Assembly (NCBI GenBank): GCA_964554145.1
Contig: CAZKNV010000001.1
Coordinates: 1-58,000, forward strand
DNA length: 58,000 nt
Direction: 5' to 3'
From: an uncultured Burkholderiaceae bacterium
GTDB taxonomy: Bacteria; Pseudomonadota; Gammaproteobacteria; Burkholderiales; Burkholderiaceae_F
The notes beneath the pieces were generated by a model, which was given only the letters and a program-made list of their open reading frames with translations, was not told where the DNA came from and made no database searches. Of the stretch, positions 56,126-58,000 are shown piece by piece; the stretch's first letter is position 1, and each line of letters opens with the position of its first letter. A program made the position numbers and the translations under genes.

Positions 56126-58000
56126 CGAGATTCGCTCGCATTCGGGGGCGATGCGTCGGGCAGCAGTACAAAGCGCGCGCGATTCTCCATCTTCAGGTAC
56201 CGGCGGGCCGACGACTGGATCTGTTCGGCGGTGAGCGAGCGCACCATGGCGTCATACGGCTCGAGAAAACCGGCCAGCTCCTCGCCAGCCTGATCGCGCG
56301 CCGCGATGTTGCCGAGCCAGTAGCTGTTCTGCTTGAGCTCGACCTCGCGGCCGCGAATAATCTGCTCCCTCACGCGCTCGACGTCCGCCTTCGTGGGGCC
56401 GACTGCCTTCAGTGTGTCGATCAGCGCGAACACTGCCTGCGTAAGGGGCTCGACGTTCTCGGGCGATGAGCCGAAGCGAACCTCGATGCGGTATTCTTCG
56501 CGCGGCGCGCTCGAGCAGGTGCCACCGACGCCAGGGCTGTACGTGCCGCCCAGCTTCTCGCGGAGCGTCTCCACGAGCCGCAGCTGGAATGCGTCGACCA
56601 GCGCGCGCATTGCAAAGCGCGTCTGGGGAGTGTAGTTGCATGCGCCCGTGAACGCGATCACGGTGTTGGCTTTTGCCTCGGAGCCCTTGCGTACGGTCTT
56701 CTCGATGACACCCTTCGGTGCCCCCGTCCCGGTGTCATGGACGGAATCAGTGCGTGGGAGAAATGGAAGCGACGCGAGATACCGCTCGACGAGGGGCTTG
56801 AGCGCAACGGTATCGACGTTGCCGACGAAGACAAAGGTGAAGTCGCCGGCATCGGCAAACCGGTCGCGGAAGAAGGCGATGGATTTTTCGGGTACCGTCT
56901 CCGCGAATACCGCCGGGGTCATCGGGCGAGCGCGGAAGTCGCCTTGCGACATCGTTACCTGAATAGTGTCAGCGAAGACCGCTTCCGGAGACACGCCACG
57001 GCTGGTGAGCATGGATGCGGCGCTCGCGCGAAACGCGGCGAACGCCGAGGTGTCCAGCCGCGCTCCGGTGAACTGGAGATGCACGAGCTGGAGCATCGTT
57101 TCGAGATCCTTGGGAGCCGCCGAACCGTTGAGCTGTTCGGCACGATCACCGATCGATGCGGCGACTCGCACCGCCTTTCCCGCCAGCTTTTTTCCCAGGT
57201 CCACGCGGCTGAACTGTCCGATGCCGCTGAGACCTACGATCTGCGATGCGAGCGCCGCGGAGACGTACTCAGGGTCGGAGGCGAGAGAGGTGCCACCCGG
57301 ACTGTAGGCGGTGAAGAGAATCTCGTCGGCCTTGAAGTCGGTGGGCTTGACGAGGACGCGGGCGCCGTTGGACAACGTCCATTCGGTGACGCCGACGCCC
57401 GGGATTCCGCGCGAGCGCGTGATGCTGCCCGCGGCGGGGAGCGCGGCGATGAGCTTTTCGCGGGAAATGTTTTCGGTATATGCGACGACTGGCGCTGAGC
57501 CTGCGCGCGCGAGCGCCGTGATCACGCCGGCCTCGGTCGCGGGAGGAGCACCATCGCGGGCGGGGCCCTGCACGATCACGATGCGATTGTCAGCGGTGAT
57601 CGATTTCGCCGCCAGCGCATTGACTTCCTGGACGGTGACGCTGGGGAGATGATGTCGCGCGATGGCGTATTCGTAGGCGATGCCCGGGATGGGCTCGTCC
57701 TCGAGGAAGTTCCTGATGAACTCCGCGGCGAGCGCTCGGGACGGCGTCTTGTCGCGCTCCGCGTAGGCCCGTTCGTAGCCGCGCAGCATGTTGGCGCGGG
57801 CGCGATCGAGCTCCGATTGCAGAAAACCGAACTGTTCGACGCGACGGGCTTCGACGAGCAAGGTCTCGAGCGCGCGCTCGGCGCCGCCCTCCTTCACGCG
57901 CGCACTGAGCGAGAACGGCAAGAGGTCGCGCGCGAAAAGGCCGCTCTTGCCGGCGGCGGCGGCGAGAAAGGGCGCATCGGGCTTCTGCGCGACCTCGCCG
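56122..58000 (-). CDS. M16 (insulinase/pitrilysin) family peptidase, C-terminal part; continues beyond the window
   Basis: The ~600-aa ORF has the typical M16 middle and C-terminal inactive-domain sequence (FGFLQSELDRA...; LREKLGGTYS). The reading frame is still open at position 58000. Confidence 0.75.
   Translation of the reverse strand, partial: GEVAQKPDAPFLAAAAGKSGLFARDLLPFSLSARVKEGGAERALETLLVEARRVEQFGFLQSELDRARANMLRGYERAYAERDKTPSRALAAEFIRNFLEDEPIPGIAYEYAIARHHLPSVTVQEVNALAAKSITADNRIVIVQGPARDGAPPATEAGVITALARAGSAPVVAYTENISREKLIAALPAAGSITRSRGIPGVGVTEWTLSNGARVLVKPTDFKADEILFTAYSPGGTSLASDPEYVSAALASQIVGLSGIGQFSRVDLGKKLAGKAVRVAASIGDRAEQLNGSAAPKDLETMLQLVHLQFTGARLDTSAFAAFRASAASMLTSRGVSPEAVFADTIQVTMSQGDFRARPMTPAVFAETVPEKSIAFFRDRFADAGDFTFVFVGNVDTVALKPLVERYLASLPFLPRTDSVHDTGTGAPKGVIEKTVRKGSEAKANTVIAFTGACNYTPQTRFAMRALVDAFQLRLVETLREKLGGTYSPGVGGTCSSAPREEYRIEVRFGSSPENVEPLTQAVFALIDTLKAVGPTKADVERVREQIIRGREVELKQNSYWLGNIAARDQAGEELAGFLEPYDAMVRSLTAEQIQSSARRYLKMENRARFVLLPDASPPNASESR

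Noticed and set aside
1-58000. Integrase, transposase, recombinase or IS inverted repeats that could explain the repeats and the tRNA-like scars
   Set aside because: None of the ORF-track translations shows tyrosine- or serine-recombinase or DDE-transposase signatures that I can recognise. Mobility claims are therefore left as inference only.

Overview
High-GC bacterial chromosomal window. The gene content (ECF sigma/FecR/STN-SusC/SusD loci, CarboxypepD_reg proteins) looks Gemmatimonadota- or Acidobacteriota-like, but the taxon is only an inference.

Layout:
(i) 0.4-7 kb holds an ECF-sigma/FecR/SusC/SusD locus. It is followed by an S9 peptidase and decay products: a lipoprotein-tail remnant and a MoxR::TonB-receptor fusion junction.
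(ii) 12-14 kb is a visibly AT-richer islet of small genes (XRE regulator, frameshifted HNH-like gene). It ends at a tRNA-Pro-like 3' fragment whose ~165-bp module is repeated at the window start.
(iii) 14.7-22 kb carries a cobalamin riboswitch followed by a tightly coupled nrdA-nrdB-thioesterase-metE-CWC operon.
(iv) A MASE1/PAS hybrid histidine kinase follows.
(v) The minus strand carries bioF-bioA-bioD-bioB (+ImmA-like peptidase) and aroF-pheA-aroH operons.
(vi) A divergent his operon (hisG-D-C-H-A-B-F-N-IE) follows. The aro and his operons are each preceded by a leader-peptide attenuator (FYFTWFY and His-rich leaders).
(vii) 43.1-46.3 kb is an uncharacterised, translationally coupled two-gene module plus an AbrB/Doc toxin-antitoxin pair. 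It sits between a truncated and an intact copy of an ECF-sigma 5' region.
(viii) A second ECF/FecR/SusC/SusD/Big_2-lipoprotein locus follows.
(ix) A decayed second copy of the module lies 10,293 bp downstream, with only its second gene intact.
(x) An M16 peptidase runs off the window end.

No rRNA, intact tRNA, CRISPR array, integrase or transposase was recognised. Many long antisense or out-of-frame ORFs in the track are high-GC artefacts.
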